DNA of 24,444 nt from Amoebophrya sp. A120 (taxonomy: Eukaryota; Protista; Dinoflagellata): positions 1 through 24,444 of the forward strand of contig CAJINV010000039.1 of NCBI GenBank assembly GCA_905178155.1, written 5' to 3'. The notes under the pieces are model-generated. The model had not been told where the DNA came from. It did not search any database and was given only the letters and a program-made list of their open reading frames with translations. A program made the position numbers and the translations under genes. This document shows positions 12,680-22,590 of the stretch, piece after piece; the stretch's first letter is position 1, and the number at the start of each line of letters is the position of its first letter.

Positions 12680-13155
12680 GCGGCTCCATCACTTGAATCA
12701 TTATCATGATGGAAGTATCTTCCCTGCCAAGAGTCGGGCTGCAGCAACGTGAAGAACCTGCATTAACAAAAGCGTTGAGGTGCATGCATTTTTCAACTCG
12801 CGACACAGCCTTTCGCACCCCTTGCCTCTCTAGCGGAACTAGAGCGCCATATTTCCCTCTGTGAACATTTGTATAAATGTTAAAGTCTACTTTGACTATA
12901 AATCTGCCGGGCATGAGTCGCTCTAGGTGAACATGCATTTTTCTCGTCGGTGGCCACTACTTTGCTCAAGAGAATATAGAAGAAGCACGGTACGTCTTCG
13001 GCAGCGCTCCTAGATTTGATCTACTTACGCTTTTTTGAAAGATCACCCTTTTGCTCATGCAAGTGGAAGTGGCATGATGAAGTTATAAGCACAACTAGAC
13101 CGCTTTCGTTACGTACACCCTTGGAGGGAATAAGTTTTTGCCGCGATTGTGATCA
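12680..13155 (+). other. Intron, probably non-canonical with DR atca
   Basis: atca at 12676-12679 and 13152-13155 gives in-frame VAPYHRKFIVE. The IR is only gcggc/gccgc, and other in-frame junctions exist. Confidence 0.5.
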
Positions 13156-13363
13156 TCGAAAATTCATCGTGGAGCGAGGCATTTATGACTGGTCCAGAAA
13201 TTGCGTACACGCGCAGTTTATCTATGAACCTGGTGTGCAGTACCAACTTCGGGGGAAAGGCGACGGCACGAACATGGAGCTCAGCACGGTGGACGCCGAC
13301 AATACGGGCACTATCTCCGACTACCAGCAATACAGTGGTGGGCTGCACCAGATTTTGCAAATC
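13156..13363 (+). CDS. Exon matching the end of the SecA preprotein-crosslinking region
   Basis: VDADNTGTISDYQQYSGGLHQILQI resembles SecA VDEFTGRxMxGRRWSDGLHQAxEA. Confidence 0.88.
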
Positions 13364-13697
13364 TATGGCCCGGACATATCGTTTTTTTTCATCTCGTTCG
13401 ACATTTTTGAATAGCTATTTTGCATGCAGCTTCTGAGCTGAAAAAATGCATGAATGTGCTGGACAATTCACAATCTGATGACTACACATGTAGCTACACC
13501 TGTGAACTAGTCAGCCTGAAGCTATCTAGTCTTGTGGAATCGTGGGAAGCCAGAAGACTAGATAGCTTGAGATTAACTAGCTAGCTCATGACGTTGATTT
13601 ATAATATATTCGCACAAGCCAGCTCATGGCGATTATCCACGGCCGCAAATTTTTTCGAACGAGTTCGAAAAAAACCATCTGTCCGGGCCATAAAATC
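13364..13697 (+). mobile_element. Non-canonical fold-back intron / MITE-like introner with 5-nt DR
   Basis: Terminal IR tatggcccggaca / tgtccgggccata (13 nt perfect, ~37 nt imperfect). DR aaatc at 13359-13363 and 13693-13697. Removal restores GLHQILQI|KHGL. No register gives GT-AG. Confidence 0.92.
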
Positions 13698-16412
13698 AAA
13701 CATGGCCTCCGTATGGAGCAGCCTCAAAGTTTTAGCACCAACTTTCTGTCGAACGTCAAGTTCTTCAAGGGCTATGATCATGTGTTTGGACTGACAGGGA
13801 CGCTCGGTGATCAGGCTACGCTGAAGCTCATGCACGAAGTGTACGGATTAGACTTTTTTTTCGCGCCCGGCTTTAAGCAAAAGCAGTTTTACACTCTCCG
13901 GGGTGTTGCTCTGCACGGTAAGGACGCCGGAAAGACCTGGCTTGAGACCGTGGTTCGGCGCGGCCGCGCTGAAGCATTTTTGGGACGTGCGGTTCTGGTG
14001 GTGTGCGAATCCATCAAGAAAGCGGATGCCATACACCAGGCCTTCGAAAAAGCGGCAAAAGATGCAGCCGACCATGAGTCGGAGGGTGGGCCTGAATTGC
14101 CCGACGGCTCCAGACATAACGTATCCCTGTTCAGGTACACCGCAGAAGAGGAACGCGATGCTGCCGTAGAAAGGATCGTCCAGGCGGGTGACGTCATAAT
14201 TGCCACAAATATTTCCGGACGGGGCACTGACATCAAGCTTTCGGACGAGGTGGAAAAGAATGGGGGTATGCACGTCAGCGTTACGTTTATTCCAAGAAAC
14301 AAAAGAGTTCAGGAACAAAATTTCGGTAGAACTGCGCGGACAGGGCTTCGGGGCACAGCCCAGTTGATTGCGGAAGCAGAGAGAGATGTCCCTCCATCTT
14401 TGGGAACGGACGACGGTCGGGACACCCTGCTGCAGTGGCTTTTGGCACGACGCGACGCGCACGAGCGTAACAGCATTCGAAACGCACCAGAAGACATCCG
14501 GAAGACACTGAATAAGGACAAGGTGTTTGACTCCGCTCTGGCAATGCTTGCAGAGCTTTCGCTCGTCAGGCCGAAACCCAAACCAAACGCCCCCAAACCC
14601 GTTTTGGGAGACGAGTCCTGGAAGTCGATAAATCGCCTTGCCTTCGAGGAGCGGTTTGCTCTATGGCTGCTCGCAAGGGGCGCCGCGCTCGAAGACGCAG
14701 ATGACCCCGAGGTTTTCTTTGAGGAAGATTTTGCGAAACCCTTGCGGCAAGAGAAGGTCGGCAAAACTAGGGCCTCGTCGCCTTGTTTGCGACGACCACT
14801 ATACCCGCTCGTCACGAACCCGTACCACCTTGTCAAACAGGCAAACGAGGAGATAAAGTCGGGGCTCTATGATTGCGCCTTGCTTTTGCTCTCAAAGGCG
14901 TCCGAGCTGGACGCTGAATTCAGCGAAAACTGCAGCGGTGGTATGTGTGTTGAGGCCCGATACTCTCGCGGGTTCGCCCACGTCGCAAAACATAACAAGG
15001 AGAAGCCTGAAACCGAGTCCTCGTGCGAGACCCAGTACCCAAAAGTTCTTGCTGTTCTCAAAGAAAAAATTCTTCCACCATTAGACGCTGTAGATATGTG
15101 TTGCCATGGTGCTGGCAATGAGCAGGGTGTCTGTATCAAGGACCTTTTGCATCGTCAGGTCGACCAGCATCGTGCGATCTATCACGGAATGGTGCAACAA
15201 GTACAGTCTGTCATAGGAGATCCGGAGGCCGATTTTGATAAACGAAGGGAGCGGATTTCTGAGCAAATAGACAAAGCTGAAGACACGCTTCGAAAAAGCC
15301 GGAAGGAACGCGCAGAGTACGACAAGATGAGTGACGACGACCGCGTGAAATTTGTAAAAGACAGAGGGATAGAGAATTCCAAGCCTACCGACGAGGACCT
15401 CCGTAATCATCCGCACTTAAAAACCAAGACTGGTGCTTTGCTCGCCTTCGAAGTGCACGTAGTCATCAAAGACGACGAAATTGCAAACGTTGAAGAACAA
15501 CGCCGAGAGTTGCGCAGATCCCGATCCTCGCTAAGGAAAGAAAAACGACAATGCCGCAAAGAGGAATCCGCAGGAACCGCGCAATCGAAAAGAGTCTTGG
15601 GGCTGCTCCGTTGGGCTCGGGAGAACAACCAGGAACTCGGGTTCAAGCGAGTTCTCGACATTACACAAAAAGATGGCTTCAGGTATTTTGTCGGGCCAGA
15701 CCAGGACCACTCTGAGTTTGAAGCAGTTTCGAACATGCATAAAAAGTGGGGGTTAATTGGAGCGCCCGAGTTCGAGGTGTGTCCTCCGTTTGACCGGGGC
15801 GCCTTCGCAGTGTTGATTATTATAGGGGTGACGCAGATGATTGGAGGTGCGGCTCTTGCTGTTTTTACCCTGGGCGCCGCAGCCAACTTCGGTGTGGGCC
15901 TTGTGGCAGAGGGCGTGAGCGATATAATCACAGCGGTCAAGGATATCTTGATCAATCGGTCTTTCGACTGGGGTCGCTGGGGCGCGGAAAAAGCGGTAAG
16001 TCTGGTGTTGAGCCTCGTTACCGCCGGAGTGGGCGTGCTCAAAGAAGCGGCCCGAGTTGCGAACGCTGTGGTCAAGGGCACTGTGGAGTTGAGCAAGCGG
16101 ACCTTAACGGAGGGCGTAAAAGTCGTGGCCCGTACCGCTTTTAAAGTGATCATCAACGAAGGTGTGCAAGTTCTGGCGAAAGTCGCGGTATCGGACGGAC
16201 TCATGCCGCATCTAAAAACTGCAATCAAGGTGCACTTGAAAGATAAGGTGAAAGCTTTGTTGTCAAGCTCTGCTGAATTCGAAGCGCTGAAAGAGGCGGA
16301 TAGTGCGGCTGGAAACAGACAGAACGTGTCGAACGTTACAAAGGCTATTGAAAGTTTGTTACGCCCGGGACAGAATGTAAGTCAGGTCTTTCAGACTCTG
16401 GCAGGGGAAATG
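13698..16412 (+). CDS. Exon with SecA-like helicase C lobe, TPR-like and coiled region, and hydrophobic Gly/Ala-rich segment
   Basis: Motifs GLTGTLG, GRAVLVVCESI, IIATNISGRGTDIKL, GGMHV and RVQEQNFGRTARTGLRG (SecA GMTGTA, ATNMAGRGTDI, GGLxV, QLRGRxGRQGDPG). Hydrophobic stretch at ~15801-16034. Confidence 0.92.
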
Positions 16413-16920
16413 GTACCAAAACATGGACGCCCGCACCGCTCTATCATATTCATATACATGTGATTGTATCTTGGCAGGCGTTTCAGCTGCGACTTCCTAA
16501 TTAGTTTTATTGTCGCACTTTTTCAATGTCGGCGTAATCTCATTGCCATTTGTGCATAATGCGCGCTGCAGCATGTTCCTTCATACGATGGCTGCAGATG
16601 ACCGCTGCATGAGGAATACGCATGATCATCAAGATATGTGTTTCCCAGTGCTCACTACTAAGTGAGTCTGCGAACCAACTCAGCCACCACCTCTCTAGTG
16701 CATATTGGAATTTTCCAACACCAGCGAAAGGAATTATCTCCTTGCACCTGACTATCAGCACACAACAGTACGCGGAAAGATGATTCGCTAAGAATCATAC
16801 GTCGTACAGTTGCAGTGTGGGAGGGAGAGTTGCAGTCTCCTTTAGTCAAAACACCACAAGAATATCATGATAGAGCGGGGGGGGGGCGTTTGAGTGTAAT
16901 ACGATTTTGGATGCGACCAG
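16413..16920 (+). mobile_element. GT-AG intron with subterminal IR
   Basis: Perfect 12-nt IR ccgctctatcat (16436-16447) / atgatagagcgg (16867-16878), flanked by acgccc/gggcgt and ccaaaa/ttttgg. ATG|GT ... CAG|AGA, phase 0. Confidence 0.7.
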
Positions 16921-17147
16921 AGAGTCGCAGGAGCGCTCACGAAGCTCGGCTCGGGCTTAGCAAGTGCCACGAGACCGAGAGCCGGCGAGGCAATACAGGC
17001 AATAAACCTTGCGTTGACAGTAACAGAAGCCACGGCGCAGGTGACGCAAATCGCAACGAATCTAGAACCGCAACTGCTCAGTGTGATTCGGACGCTGCAT
17101 GACGAGCACAAAAAGGTTCTCGAATACGTAGAGGGACACTACCAAAG
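16921..17147 (+). CDS. Exon of giant gene missed by the ORF track (amphipathic helices)
   Basis: Open frame RVAGALTKLGSGLASAT...VLEYVEGHYQ bounded by AG and GT. Confidence 0.65.
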
Positions 17148-17810
17148 GTGCAGTGTTTTTTTCATTTCATCATGAATTGATATGCTAGTCGGGAAATGCC
17201 ATTATGATGCTGATGGATAATCAACTTTCACCAAAATAATTCATTTGACGACGCTTTCGCCTAAGAAAAAGATTTAGCATACAATGCGCAGCATCACTCG
17301 ATGATATCAAATGCGCAAGCAAGTGCTAAGGGGTGTACACATCCCGGCAACGGGGTGGTAGCCCAACATCAAGCGATATCAGCTGAGCGTGTGAGCCCTG
17401 CGCGGGGCGCCTGGCGACTCAGCTGCTGGGGCGTCTGCGCAACACTCCGCGTACGTGTCTCTATTCCAAGGAATTTTTCCTGGATGAGTTGCGAAATGAA
17501 GCAGACACTTATTGCACCCGCCAGACAGGAGTAAAGATACGAAATCGGATTTGTTTCAGTTTGGGGATGGCGCGCTTGGCCTTGTATGTCTCGCAGTTAT
17601 TGTGGTACAATCTCGCAGAGGGCCTCCGCTTCCGCATTTCCGATGATGCAGTGGCGGTGCCTGTCTGTGTTTCTCCTGACCTACTTCTTCATTGTGAGAT
17701 AAATCGCAGCCGAACCTTCCGACCTTTTTCATTCCGAACCATTTCCATTCAAGGCATTCTTGTGACACCAAAAAAAAAAAGTTTGGAAAAATAGAAAATA
17801 CAATATACAG
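17148..17810 (+). other. GT-AG intron with weak terminal complementarity
   Basis: AAG|GTGCAG ... TACAG|T, phase 2, gives HYQSARTS in frame with ORF 17941. Confidence 0.7.
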
Positions 17811-18600
17811 TGCGAGGACCAGCGTCGAGGCAGCAAATCCGCAAGGTGATGGGGACTCAGACCCGATCATACTAGCAAATAAGATAACCCGCGAAACGCA
17901 AAGAAGGATTCAGGCTGAGATAGGAGCTCCAAACGCAAGGATGTCGGCGCAGTGGCTTAAGAAATTGGAGCCAAACCAGATAAAGACCTATGTGAGTCTT
18001 GCTCATTATCATGAAGAGAAAAAGGCGGGGAGGGCCGGCCACGCCGCTTGTTTGACCACAGCATCAACTGTATTAAGCAACCAAAACCAAAACAGTACCA
18101 CTACTGGCGGAGCCGTTGAAATCCAGTCTGTGCCGCCACCACTTTCTCCTCCTGGTCGTTGGGACGCCAATTTTCACGCCGACGACGGACCGCAAGCGAG
18201 AGCCTCGATAAAACGCATGGGCCGCGGCGACGCCGAAGAGGAGCTTTCGGAGAAAGCAGCTCAGGGGGTAACAAATATCGTCGAGGGAGCAACGCTTGCA
18301 GTGTCGTCGACTGCTGCAAGCGCGTGGTGCGCGAAGCGCTTTAAAGATTTTGATGCAAAAACGATGCAGTCTCTCGATCAGGTGCATTCCGTCAACCGCA
18401 TCACTGCTAATTCCGCTTCCAGCGACAACGCCGCGCAACAGCATGCGCAAGCACACGCGGCCGAGACCCAGGCAGCTGCATTGGCCGGCTTATCCAAACA
18501 AGAGCGACGCGAGGCTAAGCGCGCAATGAAAAAAGCGGATATGCAAGTGGCTGGAGACGTTGCCGCCGGGCTTACGAATGATGGCGAAGCGGGTCTTCAT
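17811..18600 (+). CDS. Exon of giant gene (linker before protease-like domain)
   Basis: Frame of ORF 17941..18630 is open back past 17811. Confidence 0.7.
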
Positions 18601-18888
18601 ATCATATGTAAAAACGTCCCCACCCCATAGTCAAGATGGCAAATCTGCTACACAAATCTCCAAGTTTTGGAAGTTGTGCATGACAAGTGTGCCCCTGCAG
18701 TGTAGTGCTGTTTAGCAAGGGAAACTGCATAAGTAAGCCGTTTTGTCATCCTGTTTACAGCGTCACAAATTTTTCCAAAACACGGTCGGAAATAGCTCTC
18801 TTGGTGGAGCTGCGCATTATAAATGTTCGCGTCATTGCACATTTGCGTGACAACTGGGGTGGGGACATTTTTCCTCAGGATACTTCAT
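18601..18888 (+). mobile_element. Non-canonical intron with IR and 6-nt DR (introner-like)
   Basis: IR gtccccacccca (18616-18627) / tggggtggggac (18855-18866), extending to aaaaa/ttttt and tatc/gata. DR cttcat at 18595-18600 and 18883-18888. The join gives EAGLH|HLGEAAHVVGRPIVV. No GT-AG register. Confidence 0.88.
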
Positions 18889-20013
18889 CACCTTGGCGAG
18901 GCTGCGCACGTCGTCGGGCGACCAATCGTCGTGCGCGACAAGAACGGAGACTACGTCACCACACTGGGAAAGGGGCTTCCCGGGGAGCCGGTAGACCTAT
19001 CGCACAGCGTGAATGCCGATGGATCGGGACACTGGTCGCTAACGCGCGAGGTCCGGAACCCAAACTATTCACCCCCTGGTCAGGCGGGAGGCGTAAATAA
19101 TTGCGCTTTCAATGCTATCGCTGCTGCCGTCTACGGGGATCAAGGTCGTGGTGGAGAACTTCGAGGCAAGACTGTGGCTGCTATTGCGAAATCGCCGGGC
19201 CGCATCGCAGCTGTTGCCTCAGATATACGCCGCTACCAGCACTACATGGGAGGAAACTGGAAGAAAGAAAACGGCCACTACATGGTGCTATCCAAAAAAT
19301 CTCCCATGTGGACAGACATCGTGAAAAAGGCCCGAGCAAAAAACGCTTTGTTTGAGGATATCGACGATAGCAAAGTCGAATTCATCGAGATTCATTTTTC
19401 AGCGAAGGGAACCACAGGCACGGGGGCCGATGATTTTGGATGTCACCTTACCGGCGTCCCTTTTTGGTCAAAGCAAACGGGCACGCACAAGAGGCACGTC
19501 AAGGAAAAGATGCACTGCCACTACGAAGCCAACACGAAGACGCACACAGAACATGGACGCGCTGCGGATGCCAAGAACTACGGAAATAATATAATTGTCT
19601 ACGCGCCCGCTCACAGAATGAGCCCAAGCCAAGCTGCGATGAATACCGAATGGCCGAAGCACGGCTCTCTTTATAATGATAGCAGTCACCTAGCGCGCTT
19701 TCACCGAGAAATCCTACAACAGGCGAGGCTCAATTTATTGAATGGACTGCAAAATGCCTATGCGAACAGCAAAGGGCGTGGGAAGCCGCCATACCCGATG
19801 GGTCCCGATCCAGATGGAAAGGTGATTGGATTTCCGAAAACCAAAGCAATTGCGAAGCATGCGGCGAACATCTTCGGAGCTAACCCCAACGCGTTTCTCG
19901 GAGACCGGAACGCCAAAGATGCAATTTTTTTTCTAATGCAACACATGGAGGACGGCCGGTTTTTAAACCAGCCTGTCGGATTCTGGAAACAGGTCCAAGG
20001 ACAACGTCGGTAA
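18889..20013 (+). CDS. Last exon: permuted OTU-like protease, GG motif, His-rich C-terminal domain
   Basis: GRPIVV ... GHW (His at 19030) ... NNCAFNAIA (Cys at 19102) ... ELR ... YMGG (GG at 19249-19254). Stop TAA at 20011-20013. Confidence 0.78.
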   Translation, partial: HLGEAAHVVGRPIVVRDKNGDYVTTLGKGLPGEPVDLSHSVNADGSGHWSLTREVRNPNYSPPGQAGGVNNCAFNAIAAAVYGDQGRGGELRGKTVAAIAKSPGRIAAVASDIRRYQHYMGGNWKKENGHYMVLSKKSPMWTDIVKKARAKNALFEDIDDSKVEFIEIHFSAKGTTGTGADDFGCHLTGVPFWSKQTGTHKRHVKEKMHCHYEANTKTHTEHGRAADAKNYGNNIIVYAPAHRMSPSQAAMNTEWPKHGSLYNDSSHLARFHREILQQARLNLLNGLQNAYANSKGRGKPPYPMGPDPDGKVIGFPKTKAIAKHAANIFGANPNAFLGDRNAKDAIFFLMQHMEDGRFLNQPVGFWKQVQGQRR

Positions 20014-21602
20014 GCTGCAACTCAATCTGGGATGGGCTTTCCGGTGCTCGCCCCTCCTTCAGGGGTGTCCATGTGGCGAGAGGTGGTCGTTGATATATAT
20101 GAATATCATTCCTGCGCGAGGTCCCGCTCCACGGCTATCGCTAGCTCTTAGCAATGTCGGAGTATGCAGCAACGAATATTTTGTCTTTTCGTGAGTGCAA
20201 CCGCACCCTCATCAAGTCTTCTTCTCGGAATACTCGCACGATTAGCGATACGAGTCTATGATCGCTATTTTTTTTTCCCCTGATCGGCGTAATGCTTCAT
20301 AAATTCAATTTGTGAATTGTTCTCCGATTGCTTGGGGTTTCGTTACTATGTACAATATTTTTTTGGGCCAAGGCTACTACTCTGGAACATGTGTTTTGCC
20401 TGCACGTTTTGCATTTTTTCGTCTCAAAACGCATTGCAAAAATCGTAGAGGCCACACTAGAAAGCATGTATCGACCACCTGTACAATGTCACTACTCAGA
20501 GTAGAGTTGTTTTAGTTTTTTCCTTGAGAAGATTTATTTTAGATACAAATGACCAACTTCAATACTTGGTTGAAGGAATTGATATACGCTGCTTCTGAAA
20601 GAGAAAGACCCAGTTTCCAATAACAATGAACACGTCGTCAGCATCTAGATAGATCCATAGCCATACGATTGGCAATTCATCGTATGAGGAAGATTTTATC
20701 TATCTTCCTGTCTGCACAAGCCAACGCATTATATAGTGGAGGACCGCCTCATGATCTAGCGTGGAGAGTTTTCAAATCACTATGAATTGAGTTCTACAAT
20801 GGACAATTCAAATTCTTGTGCCTGAGTGCTAGTTTCCATCTTGCCATGCATGCTCAGCTTTTGCTTGCGCATAGCATGTGCTGCGCTTACTTACACGTAT
20901 GCTACTGCTACACAAAGATCAGTTTCAGTTTCAACCTTTGGAAAATGTAGTGAGAACAGTCTATAGTTCCTTTTTTCTGCATCCCAAGTGACATACAGGA
21001 TATCAAATTGTGGACAATTGCAGTGGTTTTCTTGAAATTAGAGTCCCTGTGGTCCATAGAGGCAGAAGTTGAGGTATTTCTGATCATTATGCCAACGCCT
21101 CCCGTGGAATATGATTTTTGATTCGCCGCCTAAGAAGACAAGTACTTGACGTGAACAAGTATGCGCAAAGCAACTCGCGGTGATTTTGAGGCTTCATCCG
21201 GAGATCAACCGTGAAGGATTGTGACGCGCAGGCAAACTGTCACTTATTTCGGTTTCCCTCGTTTTTTCTTCCTTCCTAGTATGTCAGTTATGAATACCTG
21301 ACCTGGTGGAAGTAGCGGCGCAAGCAAAATGAAAGAGAGTGAAAGCGACTTGTTCTGATTTCCGGAGGACAGTGTAGTTCCTGGCATAGACTTCTCATCT
21401 TGAGTAGAATTCTCGCACTTCGCACGAATATCGTATTTGTAATCTCCAATTTTAAGCCATGTTCAGCAGTGCTCGCTTCGTGTTGGTCATGTGATCTAAA
21501 CCCTACCTCCACGAAAGACTGAAGCTTCTATGAGATCCCGAAATGCCTGTTCTCCAAATGCAAATGATGAAGAATTTGAAGAAATCAGGCTCTCTTGGTT
21601 AG

Positions 21603-21667
21603 GATTTTACTCAGACCCGGCGGCCCCGGTAAAATCTTTACCGGGGACCCCCGACCCCGGTAAAATC
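21603..21667. repeat. Cluster of alternating direct and inverted copies of ccccggtaaaatc
   Basis: Direct copies at 21624-21636 and 21655-21667. Inverted partial copies at 21637-21646 and 21603-21610. Confidence 0.85.
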
Positions 21668-21975
21668 GTGAGCATACAGAGCGAGAAGTAGGTCCCAGAA
21701 TGACTAGTGATCTGGATCCTTAGAGTCTGTGATGAGTGGATGACGACCATGATGAAACTTGAATGATGAATCTTCACAGGATGCAACGCAGCCAGAGGCT
21801 TTCGCCCTGTCTGCTGAGAGATTGAAGTGTTTGTGGTGTTTGAAGAACCTTTTCAGGTAGAAGCTTGAGTCACTCAGTGTGGCAGGTGTGTTCAAAGTCC
21901 AACACTGCGCTGCGACTTAGACGCCAATCTGTGCTACTTCACACTAGTGACAGTAGATTCATTGAAGAAAACAAG

Positions 21976-22590
21976 ATGACTGCGGTATCCGCAGAGATCG
22001 CTGCGAAGCTGCCGGATGCGACTGGCTGGATCGAATGGGATCGCTCTGTCCGTGAGGAGGTCGAGCGCCTCGGACTTAGCGTCTACTTCGACAACGTCAT
22101 CGTCAATCTCGGTCAGCCCGGCCTCCCCGGAGGTGCCGGTCAGCAGGCTGAGGCGGTTGCTCAGAAATGGCGCAACCTGAAGGCCGCGATGCTGAAGTCC
22201 TTGACTGGTTCTTGTAAGACCTGGCTGCACGCTCGCCCGAATTACAACGCTCTGAATGCTGGAGAGTTGTATTTGGAGTTGCGTGACATTGGTCATTACG
22301 ACCAGCAGAACAGGACCCAGCAGAAAATCCGTGTTGCTTGTCTCGAATCGATGAAATTCGATGACCGCGACCAACAGCAGGACCCGCCTTCCTTTCTCGC
22401 CAAGGTCAAGCGCGTCATGGACCAGTCCCCTGCGGTGTTTCCGCCCGACCAAGCTCGTCCCGCTGAAGATCGTCAGGCCCAGAACATCTTAGACTACCTG
22501 CCCAAGATGTTTTCCAAGGGTTTCAAGGACACGATCGCGCGCATGGTCGAGGACGGTGCCCAGTTGACGATGCAGCGAGCAGATGGGTGA
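21976..22590 (+). CDS. gag: Gag, N-terminal (capsid-like) part
   Basis: First ATG of ORF 21865..22590 is at 21976. It overlaps the CCHC-containing ORF in the +1 frame and has the same C/G-ending codon style. Confidence 0.7.
   Translation: MTAVSAEIAAKLPDATGWIEWDRSVREEVERLGLSVYFDNVIVNLGQPGLPGGAGQQAEAVAQKWRNLKAAMLKSLTGSCKTWLHARPNYNALNAGELYLELRDIGHYDQQNRTQQKIRVACLESMKFDDRDQQQDPPSFLAKVKRVMDQSPAVFPPDQARPAEDRQAQNILDYLPKMFSKGFKDTIARMVEDGAQLTMQRADG

Noticed and set aside
4158-16228. Long minus-strand ORFs (e.g. 4158..5105, 10848..11576, 15407..16228)
   Set aside because: These are antisense shadows of the + strand exons, with no recognisable motifs.
10522-16463. Bacterial secA or a fragmented secA pseudogene
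   Set aside because: The breaks are intron-like segments whose removal restores motifs in frame, and the flanking domains do not occur in canonical SecA.
20014-21540. Short ORFs 20312..20515 and 21288..21512
   Set aside because: They are short, use non-ATG starts, lie in AT-richer intergenic DNA and have no motifs.
21870-21912. tRNA-like GTTCAAA motif
   Set aside because: No cloverleaf could be built around it.
21540-21975. 5' LTR boundaries and primer-binding site of the Copia element
   Set aside because: There is no second LTR in the window for comparison and no convincing tRNA-complementary PBS.
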